A DNA stretch of 64,000 bases, from positions 175,524,001 to 175,588,000 of the forward strand of contig NC_058368.1 in assembly GCF_018350175.1 (NCBI RefSeq). Reading direction: 5' to 3'. The DNA comes from Felis catus. Lineage: Eukaryota. Below, in pieces: positions 1 to 14,121 of this stretch. The notes beneath the pieces are model-generated. The model saw only the letters and a list, made by a program, of their open reading frames with translations, was not told the DNA's origin and made no database searches. Made by a program: the position numbers and the translations under genes. Each line of letters opens with the position of its first letter. The first letter of the stretch is position 1.

Positions 1-3000
1 GCAAGCCTTCCAACAAGCCAGGAGGCTCTATCTAGCTCCAGGAAACACTATGGGAACCAGAGCCAATATGTGGTCCTATCGCTCCACCAGCCATATATTC
101 ACAACTCCTCAGAAAGGAACTTTAGGCCCCAACTATCTTTCGATTTCTCAAATTCTGCTTCTTTGAAATAGTCTCCAAAGAAACGACCTCATGCCATGAA
201 AAAAGAAAACTGTGCTCTATTGCGAATAGCTTCAGTTAACCCATGTCCAAAACTTGGGAGTCTAATATGAAACAAAATCTGGACTTCGTAATTTTCCTAT
301 ACTTTAAGGCCAAATACAAGGATTATTATTAAGTTGTTAATTATTTCACTTAAATTTCAGTTTGCTCCTAGTTAGACTGAAGCTAGGGATGGAAATAGGA
401 AAGGAGGAGGTAAAAGTTAATTCTGATATTCAACTTCTTCATGAAAGTTGGCTCAATTATTTAACGCTAATATACACAGCCAAGTATCCAAGTCGGGCGA
501 ATTCCGTCTAAACTGCTTTTAACTATAAGCCTGGATCGTATGATCTGTCACAAGCATTTTTTTTTCTTTTTTTTTTTTTTTTTTAAAGCAGAGACTGGTG
601 ATGCTGGAAAAAGAACATGACCTTAACTGTTCAAAAAGTCAGGGGCGGGTGAGTAGTGTTTCTGAATCAGTTAACTCAAAGTAGCAGCTGATTTTCTGTA
701 ATGGGACACACGTATAAATTTTATTGCTGCAAAAACCCTCTAGTAAATAAGAGCACTATGATACATACCATTTTCATTTACCATTTCATTTTTTAAGTTG
801 ATGTAAGTCAACACAGAAACAAAAGTATTTAACTGTATTAATCGAAGTTAAAAGGAAATGTTTTACTTCTAAGAAGATATTCTATTTTTTTTTTTTTTTT
901 AATGCTAACATTCCAGGTGAAACCGGAACTGTTCCATATAAACTAAATGCCTCTTATCTGACGCCAAGAAGGGATAACCAACAACGAGAATCCAAAAAAG
1001 ACAAATGACCAAACTGGCTGGCCCAGTTTACACAAGCCAAGTTCCACCTTATCAGAAACTCACCTTTTGGGTATCTCTTTTAAGGAGAGAGAGACAAGAA
1101 GAATATTTCAACTTGACAGGCACAAAAATGTCCTTAACTCAGTTCTGAGTTTGCCTCAACACACAGCTTCTGAGGAGATCCTACCCTTTACCGCCAAGGT
1201 AGGTGACCTTTGACACCTTTCCTGCTCTTCGGACTTCTGAAGGCCGTAACTCTACCCTTCGGCTAAGACAATAGGGCACTGAAGAATCGACAGCCAAGTT
1301 CATAGTTTAACTCTGAAAGTGATACTTGTTTTTAATTTTCTAACCTGGTCTTGTGATATGAGTCCTGTCAAGCTGGAATCAATTTTGGCCTCCAGGTAAC
1401 AAATACACCTGTGACATTTTGTTAACCAGTAATCAGTAATGTTTTCTACTTCAATTCAGAAAATATACGCAATGATATTTTTTTTCAAAAAACTTTTTTT
1501 AAAACTTCATAATGCTTCCTTAACCTGACTGCCCTACCCTTCGGTAAATTCTTTCTACAATTAAAATATCTAGAGTCATCCATTGATGACATCCATTATG
1601 GATGACACGTATCACTTCCTTTCTGGGAATCTTCCATAAACTCTCATTTTAAGTGCCATGGGACATTCAAGTCTTCCATAAGCCTTTTCATTCTCCTTGT
1701 ACACCCTTCATTTCTGTGCGAATATTCCCTCTGTTCTACGGATGCCAATTTTTACAGACATTTCTGCGGTTTCTATTCCACAGCTAGATCACTGACAATC
1801 CCTTCTTTTGTCTGACAGTACTCTCTTCCTTTGTTCCCAGGGGAGGGGATTTTTCAAATCTTTTCTTTTTTTTCTCTCTTCAGATTCACCCTTTTCCAGT
1901 GCAACCTTCCCCAAAAGGCAACCCCCTTTCTAGATTAACTCACTAAGTTTTATTTCTAACTATGTTGCCACAGCCAACCTTGTTAGGTAATCATCTAAAT
2001 TTCTTTTTTTTTTATCTCTTTATCATAATAGCCCCCTTTAAGAATTAGACTTTTACCTAGGTACCTTGAGTTTCCTGTTTGAGTACCAGGTAAGCATTCA
2101 ATGAGTTCATTCCACTGAAATTAAAATACCAGCATTTTACAAATGAATAAAGTGAAGTAGAACAAAAATAAATGAGCTATCTGAATATGAATATAATCCA
2201 GTGTTTGTGGGTTTTGTTTGGTTGGTTTTTTGATAACTCATCTATCTATAAAAATAACCCAGGTTTTGGCACATTTAGAATTGAATTTCTCAAGGGAGAA
2301 GGAGGACACCGGGGTTTCAGGCAAAGTGAACCTACTGGATAAAATTCAATCTTGGAAGGCTCTTAGTATTGATTATGTTATGAATATATAGAAATACTGC
2401 CTGGCTAGCCATCCTAATCTTAAGGGAGATTATGACAGAAAAATAGTAGTCCCTGGAGACCAGCTGGGGCATTTGGAGCCAGGAGCCCGGCATACATCAT
2501 GCAGAAGGCAGAGACTATATTTGGTGCTATGACTCAACCTAGCCAAATACAGGCAACTGATACAGTGTGAGACTCTGGGGAACTACACTACCAAATTCTA
2601 CAGCTCGGAAAAGATCTGTACCCCAGCTAGCCAATTTTATGCCAGGCATTTGCAAGTTGCAGAACCAATATTTACCAACCAGAATAAGAACAGCTGATGG
2701 GGGGGTGGGGGGGGGCAGAAGTACCCAAAAGAACACTATGTACTATTATACTAAGACGAAAACTAAAGTAACCTCGTCAATGAGATGAAAGGAGGAAGGA
2801 CTAGAAGGAGATACTCTGATACATTAGAGTATATATATGTATGCATTACTTTCAAAATTAGAGAAAAAGTTATTTTCTAAAACATTACCCAGATATTACT
2901 GCTACTGATGATTCGGCAGGAAATGATATAATAAATGCTACTATTTCAAACACAGAAATATACATATACAAACACCGAAAAATGTCAAATGTTCTATAGT

Positions 3001-3314
3001 GCTATTCGATTTCATGCCACAAGCTTCTTTTTCAGTCATGCCAGCATTGTCGGTGACGTGTGTAGGCTAAGGAATGATAATACGGGATAACTGCAAGGTT
3101 GCCCAAAATACAGCCATGCAGTCCTATATAAAGTAACGAGTGATGTAAAAGTCTAAGTTTTTTTGATTGACTCACCCTACAAAAACCTGGATACTCCGAG
3201 GAAAAGAGAAGGGTTTTCAGTGGACACCATTAAAATTTTCTAACAGGAAAAGGATAAGTATATAGGCTTAGGCCCATTTCTAAGGCAGAGTAAAGATTTA
3301 TACACAGTACCAAC

Positions 3315-3356
3315 ACACATACATACATACATACATACATAAACATACATACACAC
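3315..3356 (+). repeat. (TACA)n simple repeat
   Basis: cacacatacatacatacatacatacataaacatacatacacac. Confidence 0.9.
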
Positions 3357-3675
3357 TTGTTGTTTCACTGCAGTGTCCCTGCTAATTCTCTTTAGCTCAC
3401 ATTTAAGCAAGTCAAAGCTATACTGCCACCAATGAGTTTTTAAGGTGTTGTTGCTCTCTACCTGCCTTTCTGCATCTGCGGTTTTTACCAACACTGCCTG
3501 AGACTTGCAGCAAGATGGCGCTGTGGGGACCTAGACAACACAGAGCGAGGCTCAAAGAGATGTACAAAAAATTCAGTTTCTGAATACCAAATTTATACTT
3601 AGACAGATGCAGAACACATATTAATAGGAACTATTGTAAAATGTGTTCAATATGTTCTATCACTTAATCGTGTAA

Positions 3676-3901
3676 TTTTTTTTTTAATTTTTTTTTCAAC
3701 GTTTTTATTTATTTTTGGGACAGAGAGAGACAGAGCATGAACGGGGGAGGGGCAGAGAGAGAGGGAGACACAGAATCGGAAACAGGCTCCAGGCTCTGAG
3801 CCATCAGCCCAGAGCCCGACGCGGGGCTCGAACTCCCGGACCGCGAGATCGTGACCTGGCTGAAGTCGGACGCTTAACCGACTGCGCCACCCAGGCGCCC
3901 C
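3676..3901 (-). mobile_element. Can-SINE (SINEC_Fc-like), full length, young-looking subfamily
   Basis: tRNA-derived head GGGGCGCCTGGGTGGCGCAGTCGGTTAAGCGTCCGAC, (CT)n region and A-rich tail. Flanking gtgtaatt duplication; CpGs intact. Confidence 0.95.
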
Positions 3902-4649
3902 AGTGTAATTATTTTTACTAATGCATTCCACTGACCTTATTCTACCCCCTAACCTATCTGTGATACCACCAGCCTCCAGTAAAGATGTCTCTGTGCGAAA
4001 TCACAAAGGAGGAACTGGCTGGGACTGACATCAGCTGGCGAATCTTGCCCCTCACCCATCCAAAGAGACATTTAAATCACACGTAGACACACTTCACGCT
4101 AAACAAAACCCTTCTCTGAGAAAGAGCTGGCTTTCACTTTAAAACCCAGGGCTTACTAAAAATTCTTGACTTCTCTTGCCTATCTCCCCAGGTTCATCTT
4201 TCCACACTGCCATTTCCCTTCCCACATTAGCTAGTCCAGAACTACTGGCCCATTAACTTTTACTTCCGGGTTCCACCCTCTGTCTGGAATGCCCTCCTCT
4301 CTCTACTCCCAAGGTCTCACCACTCAAGCCACCACCCTTCTGCCCAGGTAGCTTCTCATCCTATGGGAAGTCATCCCTGCCTGCCCAAACCACTGGCTCT
4401 CTGGTTCAGACAACCTCATGCACTCCGTACAACACCCTTTACACGATATTTGAATTACCTATCTCTAAACTCCCTCTTTCTCTAAGGCAACAAAATCTTT
4501 CAGGACACATTTGGAGGTCTTGCCTCCCAGAGCTTCGAGCAAAGATGCTCCATAAATAGCTGAAGCAAATGAAGCAAAGCCAGCAATTGGTGGTCTCTCT
4601 GCCCCGGAACATGCAGTAGAAAGGGTAGAGAGGCAGACCAATTCCTGTC

Positions 4650-4805
4650 TTGTGAGCTAGGTCGAATTACGTAGCTTTTATGAGCCTCGGTAAAACAAGT
4701 ATTTCCATTTACTTTGCAAGGCTGTTGTTGAGAAATTCATGACACAATTTTTGCAGAATGCTCAGAAAAGTCCCCGGTACAGAAGAGGTGCTCTATTAAC
4801 ATTAA
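4650..4805 (+). mobile_element. MIR remnant
   Basis: tgagcctcggtaaaa...ggctgttgttgagaaattcatgac...ggtacagaagaggtgctctattaacatta. Confidence 0.6.
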
Positions 4806-6074
4806 ATCTTTTCCCCTCTGAGACCACAAGCCAGAGATAACCAACAATCTTCCACTTATGAAAGAAAGAGGAAGGATTTGTTTTAGCCAAATAAGATCCA
4901 AACTGAAAACTTGGAGAAGGGAGTGGCCATCTGGGGGATTTTTCAGCTTCAGAGAGATGAGAGCTTGCTGGTGTTCTTGGTTACAAATGGATGTGATTCT
5001 TTGGGGGAGTGAAGAGGGAAAAACATCAAACTCCTTACCTTTATAATAGCCAAATTGGCAAAGTAGCAGAAGTGTTTTAGGAAATGAAAACTGAAAATTC
5101 AACTGAAAATGTTCCTTATAAAAAAACCAAGGAGGTCTTCCTTTTGTACCAATGCCTCAAATTTATTTTTCAATTGTGGTAAGAGATTGTAATAGTGGCC
5201 AAACAATAACATTTATCCGTAAGACAGGGAAAAGTCAAGGGGTAAGTTTCCATAGAGTATAGATTTCCTATAAAAAAAGAAGGATGGCTTTGACTGGAAC
5301 TCAGGGCAGGTACAAAGTTGCAAGACCTAACAAAAAGCATCTAAGAATTTCAGGCAGAAGGGGATGTCTAGAGAGAAACTAGCAAACAGCTGACCCAATT
5401 AAGGAATTCAAAAGATTTCCTACTGCCAGTAAACCAACAACAAGCCAGCAAGCAGGAAGGCTATTTTTATCCCTGCCAGAGGCCTTCTGACTCTGGATGC
5501 TACATTTAGAGGACAGAGCAACAAGATAACTTGCCTTAAGAGGATGTTATGATACCAGTGATTAATAGCAATTTTCAAACTTAAAAAACTAGGCATAGTT
5601 TTTGTCCAAATTTGAATGAACAAAAAGCCAGTTTGAAAAACAAAAACAAAAAGATAATATAATGGAAAGAAAAGTGGAAAAACAGACCAACGGGTAGTAA
5701 AGTTTTAAGTAATCTAGAAAAAAGCCAAGGCAGTAAATTGAAATTCTCCTATCTTGGCAAAAGTTTGATTAAAAAAGGCATGTGTTACAAGAGACACATT
5801 TTAAAAGAACCAGCGAATAGCGATCTGACCCCAAGGTACAAATGATTTTGAGACACGGCTCTCTGTACTCACATGAACATAAAAGATCAAGACAAACTTA
5901 TGAAATCTCTAGATGCCAGAAGCCAAGTTGCTTGCAAATGATTGAGAACTTTAGAGAAGAGTGATAAACTGCTCCTGAAACTGATTACTGAAGTCCAACC
6001 CCCAAAAAGCAATCGGCAGAGTCATTAACTGGCTTTCTGCATACATACCTATCCTCAACTCTAATCACTTATTT

Positions 6075-6295
6075 TTAAAAAAAATTTTTTTTAACGTTTA
6101 TTTATTTTTGAGACAGAGAGAGACACAGCATGAACGGGTGAGGGATAGAGAGAGAGGGAGACACAAAGTCGGAAGCAAGCTCCAGGCTCTGAGCCATCAG
6201 CCCAGAGCCCGACTCGGGGCTCGAACTCTCGGACCACGAGATCGTGACCTGAGCCGAAGTCGGACGCTTAACCGACTGAGCCACCCAGGCGCCCC
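6075..6295 (-). mobile_element. Can-SINE
   Basis: Full head, body and tail; TSD tctaatcacttattt. Confidence 0.95.
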
Positions 6296-6519
6296 ATCTA
6301 ATCACTTATTTAATATAAAGTCTGATGACTTTATTGAACCTTAATGAAGAATGCACTTGAATTTCACACCTGATGTAATTTCACCTTTTGTGGTTTCTCA
6401 GAAGGCCCAGTTTTTATTTTCTCCTATCGATATTTAAGGCACTGAGGCTTCCTCTGCCTTACTAGCCTTCAAAACTAAATAATAAACAAGCTATTATTCC
6501 AAGATATCTGCTAATTATT

Positions 6520-6635
6520 TGAAGGATAAGATGCATGAGGCCAGGAGTCTTTGCTTTTATTCCCTGATATATCCCAACAGCCTAAAATAGCGCCTGGCAC
6601 ATGGCTGATTCTTGATATGTATTTGTTGTATGAAT
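6520..6635 (+). mobile_element. L2 3'-end remnant
   Basis: tatatcccaacagcctaaaatagcgcctggcacatggctgattcttgatatgtatttgttgtatgaatg. Confidence 0.7.
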
Positions 6636-7894
6636 GGCCTCCCACAGCTTTAGATTTTATATCCAAAGTGGTTCACAAAGTGAGTGAAGATGACCGTGGG
6701 GCAAGACAGCAGTGTATTTGAATCACTTGGAGAATACGCATGCTTCAGTCTCATGACAGACCTGGTGAATCAGAATCAGGGAAAATAAGCCACCTTGGAA
6801 ACGTTCTCTCAGCGATCCTATTTTGACCTCTACCCTCAATAATGTAACCTTCAGTAAGAAACCAGCAGATTTGAGATCTGAATCTTTTACAGTACATTAT
6901 GATAAAATGCAGATCTTCAATTCTGACCCAGTGTCCTAAGTAAAAATTAAGGAACGTTAACGCCTATTCTCTGTCTAAAGCATACTAAAAAAAATAAAAT
7001 AAGAAGAAAAACAACGTTCAGGCTCTTTTTATGTTTTCCTCTTAAATGCCACATAATAAACACCCAAGCTACTAAACCAGGAACCAGGAGCTCTGTGTTC
7101 CTTTCTAGGTACCAGTTAGTTGAGTGATGAGTGACTTTTCCAGAAGCTGTTGTGTCTCTCTGAACTTCAACTTCTTCAACCGTAAAATGGAGATCACAAA
7201 ACTCACATAAAAGGTTATGGTAAGGATTTAAGTTACACAAATCCCAGAAGGGGCACAGAGTGAAAGTCAGAGAAACAGTATCAGAAGGATGAGCTCTTCC
7301 ACTCGGAAGTGGTTGTTAACACTGCTTGCTACACAGAACGTCCAGGTCTATCTCAAAAAAGAAAACCGCAGACTGGCATCAAATGTGTCCTCTGATCTAC
7401 TACTACCTGGTGCATAGAGTGTGCTCAAATATTTGTGGAACTGGAATGGAAGCAGGAGCTCAAACCGTGGGCCTCAAAGAAGGCTGTCTCCCCCTGCTAT
7501 CGGGGGCTGCCATGCTACCCAACCCCAGAGCGCGTGTGCCCCTTGTCGCAGGGCTCCCCCGGGCCCTAGCATTGCGCCAGACGTAGGCTAAACAGCCCAC
7601 GCTCCTAGCCCGGCCTCGAAGGGCAAAAAGATGGTTTCAGACGTCAGAGACAAAGTCCCAAAGTGCTATTTTGGTGGAGCTAATAATCTAGGGTAAGGCA
7701 AGTTCAGCTCCTCATTCCTCTATGTCTCCATCCTCACCATCTCCTCTATTAAATTCCTCCTTACGCTACACTCTTTTTGGTAACGGGGTACATTCCAATG
7801 GCAGTTTAAAGAAGAACAATTAAAGAAGTTCTCTAGAGCAGTGTTTCATAACCTTTTGTAATTATTAAGACCTACTTTTAATAAAAATATTTCA

Positions 7895-8111
7895 GGGGTG
7901 CCTGGTGGCTCAGTCAGTTAAGCGTCCGACTTCGGCTCAGGTCATGATCTCACAGTTTGTGAGTTCGAGCCCCGCGTCGGGCTCTGCGCTGACAGCTCGG
8001 AGCCTGGAGCCTGCTTCGGATTCTGTGTCTCCCTCTCTCTCTGCCCCTCCCCTGCTCACACACTGTCTCTGTCTCTCTCAAAAATAAACATTAAAAAAAT
8101 ATTAAAAAAAA
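7895..8111 (+). mobile_element. Can-SINE
   Basis: ggggtgcctggtggctcagtcagttaagcgtccgac...ctctctcaaaaataaacattaaaa. Confidence 0.95.
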
Positions 8112-11100
8112 GTTTCGGAGAGCCTCCCCACCACACTAACAAATGAGACCCCCGACCCCCGCTCCCATGAATACTACCGGTAAAACAACAACAAACCACC
8201 TTAATAATAGAAGGCTACTATGAATTTAGCAACACCTTGAAATGTATTTTAATTACATTACATCAGCATCCACATGCTTCTGAAAGACAATCCTGCATAT
8301 GTAAATGATATATCTATCACCTAACTGGAATGCTTAGTCCTAATGGGTTCATAGGGGCCCCATCAAATAATTCTCATGGTTCAAGAGGCCCATGGTCCAC
8401 AAATTGAGAACAAAAACATTCCATGACGCCAAGTTTAAACAAAGGCTTCCTAAACATAATATTTTTAGGCCTATCTCAAAAAGAAAAGATGCAGTCTAAA
8501 AACAAAGCCTACATTCAGCTGACTACATTTATTTGATTCCTGGTATACCCTTTCTACAACCAATCAGTATAAAATACTGCCACGCCCAAACCCACACGAA
8601 ACCCATTCGCTACTTTTCGTCATTAAACTACAAAACTCTGCAATTTTGTCACTTAGGAACACCATGTCAGAGAGACTTTGTGGAATTGCTAACAGTAGTT
8701 TAAAGGTCATGGTGTTCAATCCTTCCATTCCCAGGGGAGGAAGCCAAAATCTAGAGAGAAGTGATGGACCGAAGGCCTTATTACTGCTAATGGCAGAGCC
8801 AGGTTGGAGCACGATCCTAAATGCTTCTCTTTTCACTCCTCACAATTTGGGAAAGTCGGTTAGAAGGTAACAACCACTGATCATTTACAATAAAGAGATG
8901 GAGTGGCTAATTTAAACACCCGTATTTAATGAACCATACTAGGCATTTATTATTTGGAATATTAGGGCCAGTAGAAGTTAGATTTTTTTGTTTTAAGTTC
9001 TTTATACTTCAATTAATCACGACTGCTCTTCAGAATTGAGATTTGCACTTATTGTGGGTTTCTTGAGAATGGAAAAAGGGTCCTCTAATTGGTTGATTCC
9101 TCCTTCTCTTTCCCGATGTATAGCAACTGGCATCAGCCCAACTGGATTCCAAAGAGATTATGGAACTGCTTTCCCTTCAGAGTTCCACTAACGTTCTTAA
9201 TTGACTGGTTACCAGGTAATACCCAGAATAAAACAAAGCCTTGCTTTTAGACCAGAGCGCACTGGCGTGGGACTGAATTCAGAATCAGTCAATTAGACAA
9301 AATAATGAAGCCCAGAGGCAGCCTGGCCATCTCAATACCTGATTCAAAGAGCAGTAACTAGTTCAAAATTAGTTAGAAAGCACTCCTTTTGCAAACTTTT
9401 AGCGCTGAACAACAACAGACTCTCTCTTGTGAGAGTTTTCTCTCTTTTCCATCTTGTAACTTGAGTAGTGAGGATAGTGGCAACGTGAGGGGGGGAAAAT
9501 AAGGAGCTGTGGGGTAGAGAAATTCACCGTACCGGGTGTATATATATAGGTGCTAAATGAATCACCTGCATACACTAGTCATGTGGAAATTCCATGCCTA
9601 TCAAGGAAGAAATAATTTTGTGGCACAACTGTGCAACTGATCTGTCCTTCCTGTCACTGAACTGAACGCAAAGAGAATCTTGGATATTTTTATGACAGCT
9701 CCAAGTTGGCAAATAACATATTCAAGGATTACAGATCACAGGGTCAAGGAAAAGTCTTAAGATCTTTGCAGACTACTCCCTATTGTATTACCCCATTATC
9801 AAAAGACTTTTCATTATGTAGCTATTAGTATTCAGGGCTGGTTTACTACCTGTCACGAAATAAGAGAGCAAGTCCCCTCTCCAGAGAATCTTAGAATATA
9901 GAAGGGAGACCAAAAGTACTAAGTGACACTACCAAAAGGTGCACATATACTATTATTTATTTGGAGGCAGGGCATGAACAAAATGGATCTCTATAAATAT
10001 CCTGGACTTCCTTCTACTATTTTTCTAGTGTAGGAAGCTCCCTAATATGTAACGCTGGCAAACTGTTGGCAAAGTCTGAAGACTTTACTGCTTAAATATC
10101 GTTCTGATTTCATTTCTGAACGAAAAATAATATTATTGCCTGTCCATAAGGCAATACCTATACTTACTAAGTTGTACACGACACTGAAAGGGTAAAACAC
10201 TGCAGAAAAGCACTTGTTAATTTGCTACCTGACTGCTGCCTTTTTTTCCCAAGTTACTATTTTCTTGTTATCTCTAAGTGTTAACTGTCACGTGTAGTTG
10301 ATTCCATCACCAGTCCCTGCTCTGAACGTACATCCAACAAAATTAAGCCACAACAGCCATAAAATATGGGAGCCTTAACACAACTGTAAAGGGGGGGAAA
10401 GGTGATGAAGTTAAAAGCTTCTTTTAAAGAAATGTTTCGGATCTTTAACCTTCTATAAACAGTTCACTCTCACCCCCCCCCACCCCCCATGCCCCTTTAC
10501 CCTCACCTCTCACGCAGGTAAAATCAGGAGTTTAACAATGTTTTAAGAGGATCACTGAATTTTCAATGACTCAAAATAAGATTCTTTGTGCTCCATGCTC
10601 AGGATTAAGAGGACTGCTTAAGTAATTCTGGACCCACATCATGGATGACATAAGACAAACTCCCCCTTTGTGACAACTGCTTACACGATTTTCAGAACAA
10701 ATAAAAACAAAAGTCAATATTCTATCACAAATGTGTGGAGGGTGCAGGGCAAAGAATCTACTTACCACGACATGTTATGTTAATAAACTGGGCAGAGGAG
10801 GGTCTGGACACAGCACAAGGAGTGTTTACTATGAACAGAGCGGGTTTCAGTTCAGAGGCTAAAGGTCCAATGCTCTGTTCATACACATCACATTTTGTTC
10901 TCCCAGCCATCCCCACCACCCCCCCCCCTCCGAAAACAAAATAAATAAACAGAACCAAAAACAAAAGCAATCCCCAATCTGAAAAAGTGAAGCCGTGCTG
11001 GTCAAAATCCACACCTTTGTAAGTTCTGCCTACACAGTGCTTGAGGAATCCAACAGATCCTGACCGGTGGTAAACCAGAGAGCGGACAGTGGTTCACAAT

Positions 11101-13898
11101 TAAGAATATACCCTGCGTCGGTGATACAAAGGAAATCATGCCCCGCTACTTTGTCCTCTCCTGGCTCACAAAAGAAGTTACCTCAACACAGAAGCCCAGG
11201 TCCCATCCTGCGGCACCGCTAAGCCAAGCAAAAGAGAAGGAGTGTTGAGGATGTTCCATTTCAGCGGTCATAAAAGGGAGAGAGCGAAAGGAGAGGAAAC
11301 CGCTTCGTTTCATTTCTAAACAGCCACACACACAGTTCACTGCAGTCGAGTTTAAATTGTATTTTTTGCTGTGTACTTAACTCTATTACTCACGAAGCTT
11401 CTAGAAGCAAGGCCATGTTCTTCTCTCTGGAGGCCTTAGCCACTCCCCTGCCATGCCGCTCTGAGTTAACTTGGTATCACCCAAACAGAGCAAGAAGGAA
11501 CCAGCCGAGTTCAGGAAGGATCCCGCCCGACTTTCAGAGCAGCTGCCTGGTGGACTCTGAATCTTCAAGACGGGTAATATTTAAAGATGCCCCCAATTCA
11601 CCAGAAGACATCTGACGCCAAGCAACAGTCATTTACTTGGAAGGTGAAATTTGATTAAGCATCACAAGCAAAATTAGCTGGTTTGCACTATCCGTTTCTT
11701 CTTTACGGTACTTTGTATCACGCTCTGTTAAATCTCCCTTAAAGGAAAACGTTCATCTTGTCCTTTACAAAAGCGATGGAGGCGTGGGGTGCAGAATTGC
11801 CACAGGCAAACTGATTCAACTGGGATAAAGGTTAAATACTACAAGAAATGATATCCCCTCACTACCATTTGAAATAAATCATTTTAACATTACAGCAGCG
11901 GAACTTCTTTTAGTCAGAGCTCCTTTCTTTTTTTATAATTTTATTCACTCCAAAATCCAATTTTATAACAATGATATTAAATGTAGTCCTATTTTCAACA
12001 ACTCTCATAAAAAGTTCTTGGAGCTATCTCAAGTATACATAAAGTCACTCTGCAATATATGTTCTAAAACATCTGTATCAGTTTGCAACATCTGTTCTTT
12101 AAACTACGGAATTAGATGGCTGCAATTTGGAATACAGGATTATTAAAAGAATTGGGTATCAAAGAAAAATGTAAGGCTTCCTGGCTCTTTTTTATGGTAT
12201 CTATTTTTAAGCAGCACTAACTTTATCCTCCCCCCTACTGTAAGGAATTTAAATTATCCCAAAGGTCATTCTCTTACAGCGACATAAAAAACTTATGCAA
12301 AATAAATGAAACAGGCTTTGTGTACTCAACTTTCAACAGAGTTTCATGATTTTCTTCTAGAGAGATCATTATAAATTCTTTTGCTTAGCAACAAAGAAAT
12401 GAGGCACAGATGGAATCATCACTTGCCTACTCATTTAAGCATTTGTTTCAAACAAATCCACAGCAATGAAAAATAGTGGGGGGGAGGGCCCCCAGATTTA
12501 ACGTGTAATAAAGAAAGAAAAACGTGTATCAAAAATATTTTAAAACGCAAGGTCACAATACCTTCGGCAGCCGGGAATCGAATACATCGCGTTTTTGGAG
12601 TAGATCCAGCTCTCAAAATAAATTCTTATTAAATGAATGCATGAAGCAAGTGTGGCAGTAATGTCTAAGTGTGTAACATACTCCCACTGCTTACTCTACA
12701 TATGCAATAGATTTCTTGGGCACCACGGGATATGTAAAAAAAATGGCACTTGAAACAACTTGCACTTCTGAATGCAACCCTTATTGCTTACATTCAAGTC
12801 AAGTATTTAAGATGCCTGAAACTCACTGGGTGGATACTTTTAGTCCCTCTTCCAAAAATGAAAGCAAGATACATTCTGTAACAATATAAAGACAAGAAGA
12901 TTCCAATTTCACAATATTCTGAGGAAAAAATGGGATGATATTCTGACTCATAATTTAGTTAGCTGATACCTGAAGAGCAGCTATAATGTTTTGACAATTT
13001 ACAGATTTGCCTTTATTCTCGCAATAATTTTGCTGTCTCATTTGGCTTTCTAGTGAAATGAAGCAAACTATATACTAAGTTGCTTCCATATACAGGATTT
13101 AAAATACTCAGCCACTATTATGAAACTGTGGATTGCTTTACTCCATCTGACATCTGATCATTTTCAAGTACTATTTCTCTCTCTTTATTCCAGTGCGGCC
13201 TCCCTCTGCTTCCTCTCCCTAACAGCTACTTTTTGGTTTACATCTATACTCTTTCATTCCCTTCCCAGACAGAAAAGGAAAAAAAAAAAAAAAAAAAAAA
13301 AAAGGCTCCTTAATCGTCAGAGGTCTTTCCTACCATACACTGAATATAATACCATTTTGTGAATCTTTTATTTCACTGTGTCCAGCCCATGCTTCAGAAG
13401 GCTGAAAACAGATGTGCTCGCATGTGGTTTTAATATATTTCACGCTACTCCATTTCTAAACAGTAAGTACCAATTTCACAGGCAAGAAAAAACACAAATA
13501 ACAGTAAGATAGAATATCCCCCCAAATGATCAGCTGACCACCTACAACAGTAAAGGATTCTTCTGTCCAGGTGAAGGAAATACTTGATAAGCCTAATAAT
13601 TCTGTGGCAATGAGCAACCTGCCACTGGGAGATCAAAATTCAAAATCTGTCAACGGCTCACGCTCTTAGCTTACGAGACTGGGTGTGCAGTAAAGAGAAT
13701 GAAATCGGTCTCTGGGGAAAGGCTTCTACGGACTATTACCGGCATTGGTTATGGAGAATGCAATATATAATTTCGTGGATAAAAATAACATACAGACATG
13801 CCAGCTGATCAGGGAAAGGACACGGAGATAAGGTAGAGGCAAGACCCTTTTCCTCCCAAAGAGCTAATCCTCTGTCCATGAAGAAAATGACAGTAGCT

Positions 13899-14121
13899 GG
13901 GGCGCCTGGGTGGCGCAGTCGGTTAAGCGTCCGACTTCAGCCAGGTCACGATCTCGCGGTCCGTGAGTTCGAGCCCCGCGTCGGGCTCTGGGCTGACGGC
14001 TCGGAGCCTGGAGCCTGTTTCCGATTCTGTGTCTCCCTCTCTCTCTGCCCCTCCCCCGTTCATGCTCTCTCTCTCTCTGTCCCCAAAATAAATAAAAGTT
14101 GAAAAAAAAATTTTTTTTAAA
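13899..14121 (+). mobile_element. Can-SINE, young-looking subfamily
   Basis: Full length with perfect 17-bp TSD aagaaaatgacagtagc (13881-13897 and 14122-14138). Confidence 0.96.

Noticed and set aside
3170..3215. Second microexon-like pattern (pyrimidine tract ... ccag|GTTTTTGTAGG|gtgagt)
   Set aside because: An intervening AG separates the tract from the acceptor, and such patterns are common by chance in long introns.
9584..9593. NF-kB-like TGGAAATTCC in intron 2
   Set aside because: Single imperfect motif with no supporting cluster.
12540..12620. tRNA T-loop-like TTCGATTCCCGG on the minus strand with a nearby AAG|gtattg
   Set aside because: No cloverleaf, A box or acceptor stem; the upstream acceptor is poor, so neither a tRNA nor an exon is supportable.
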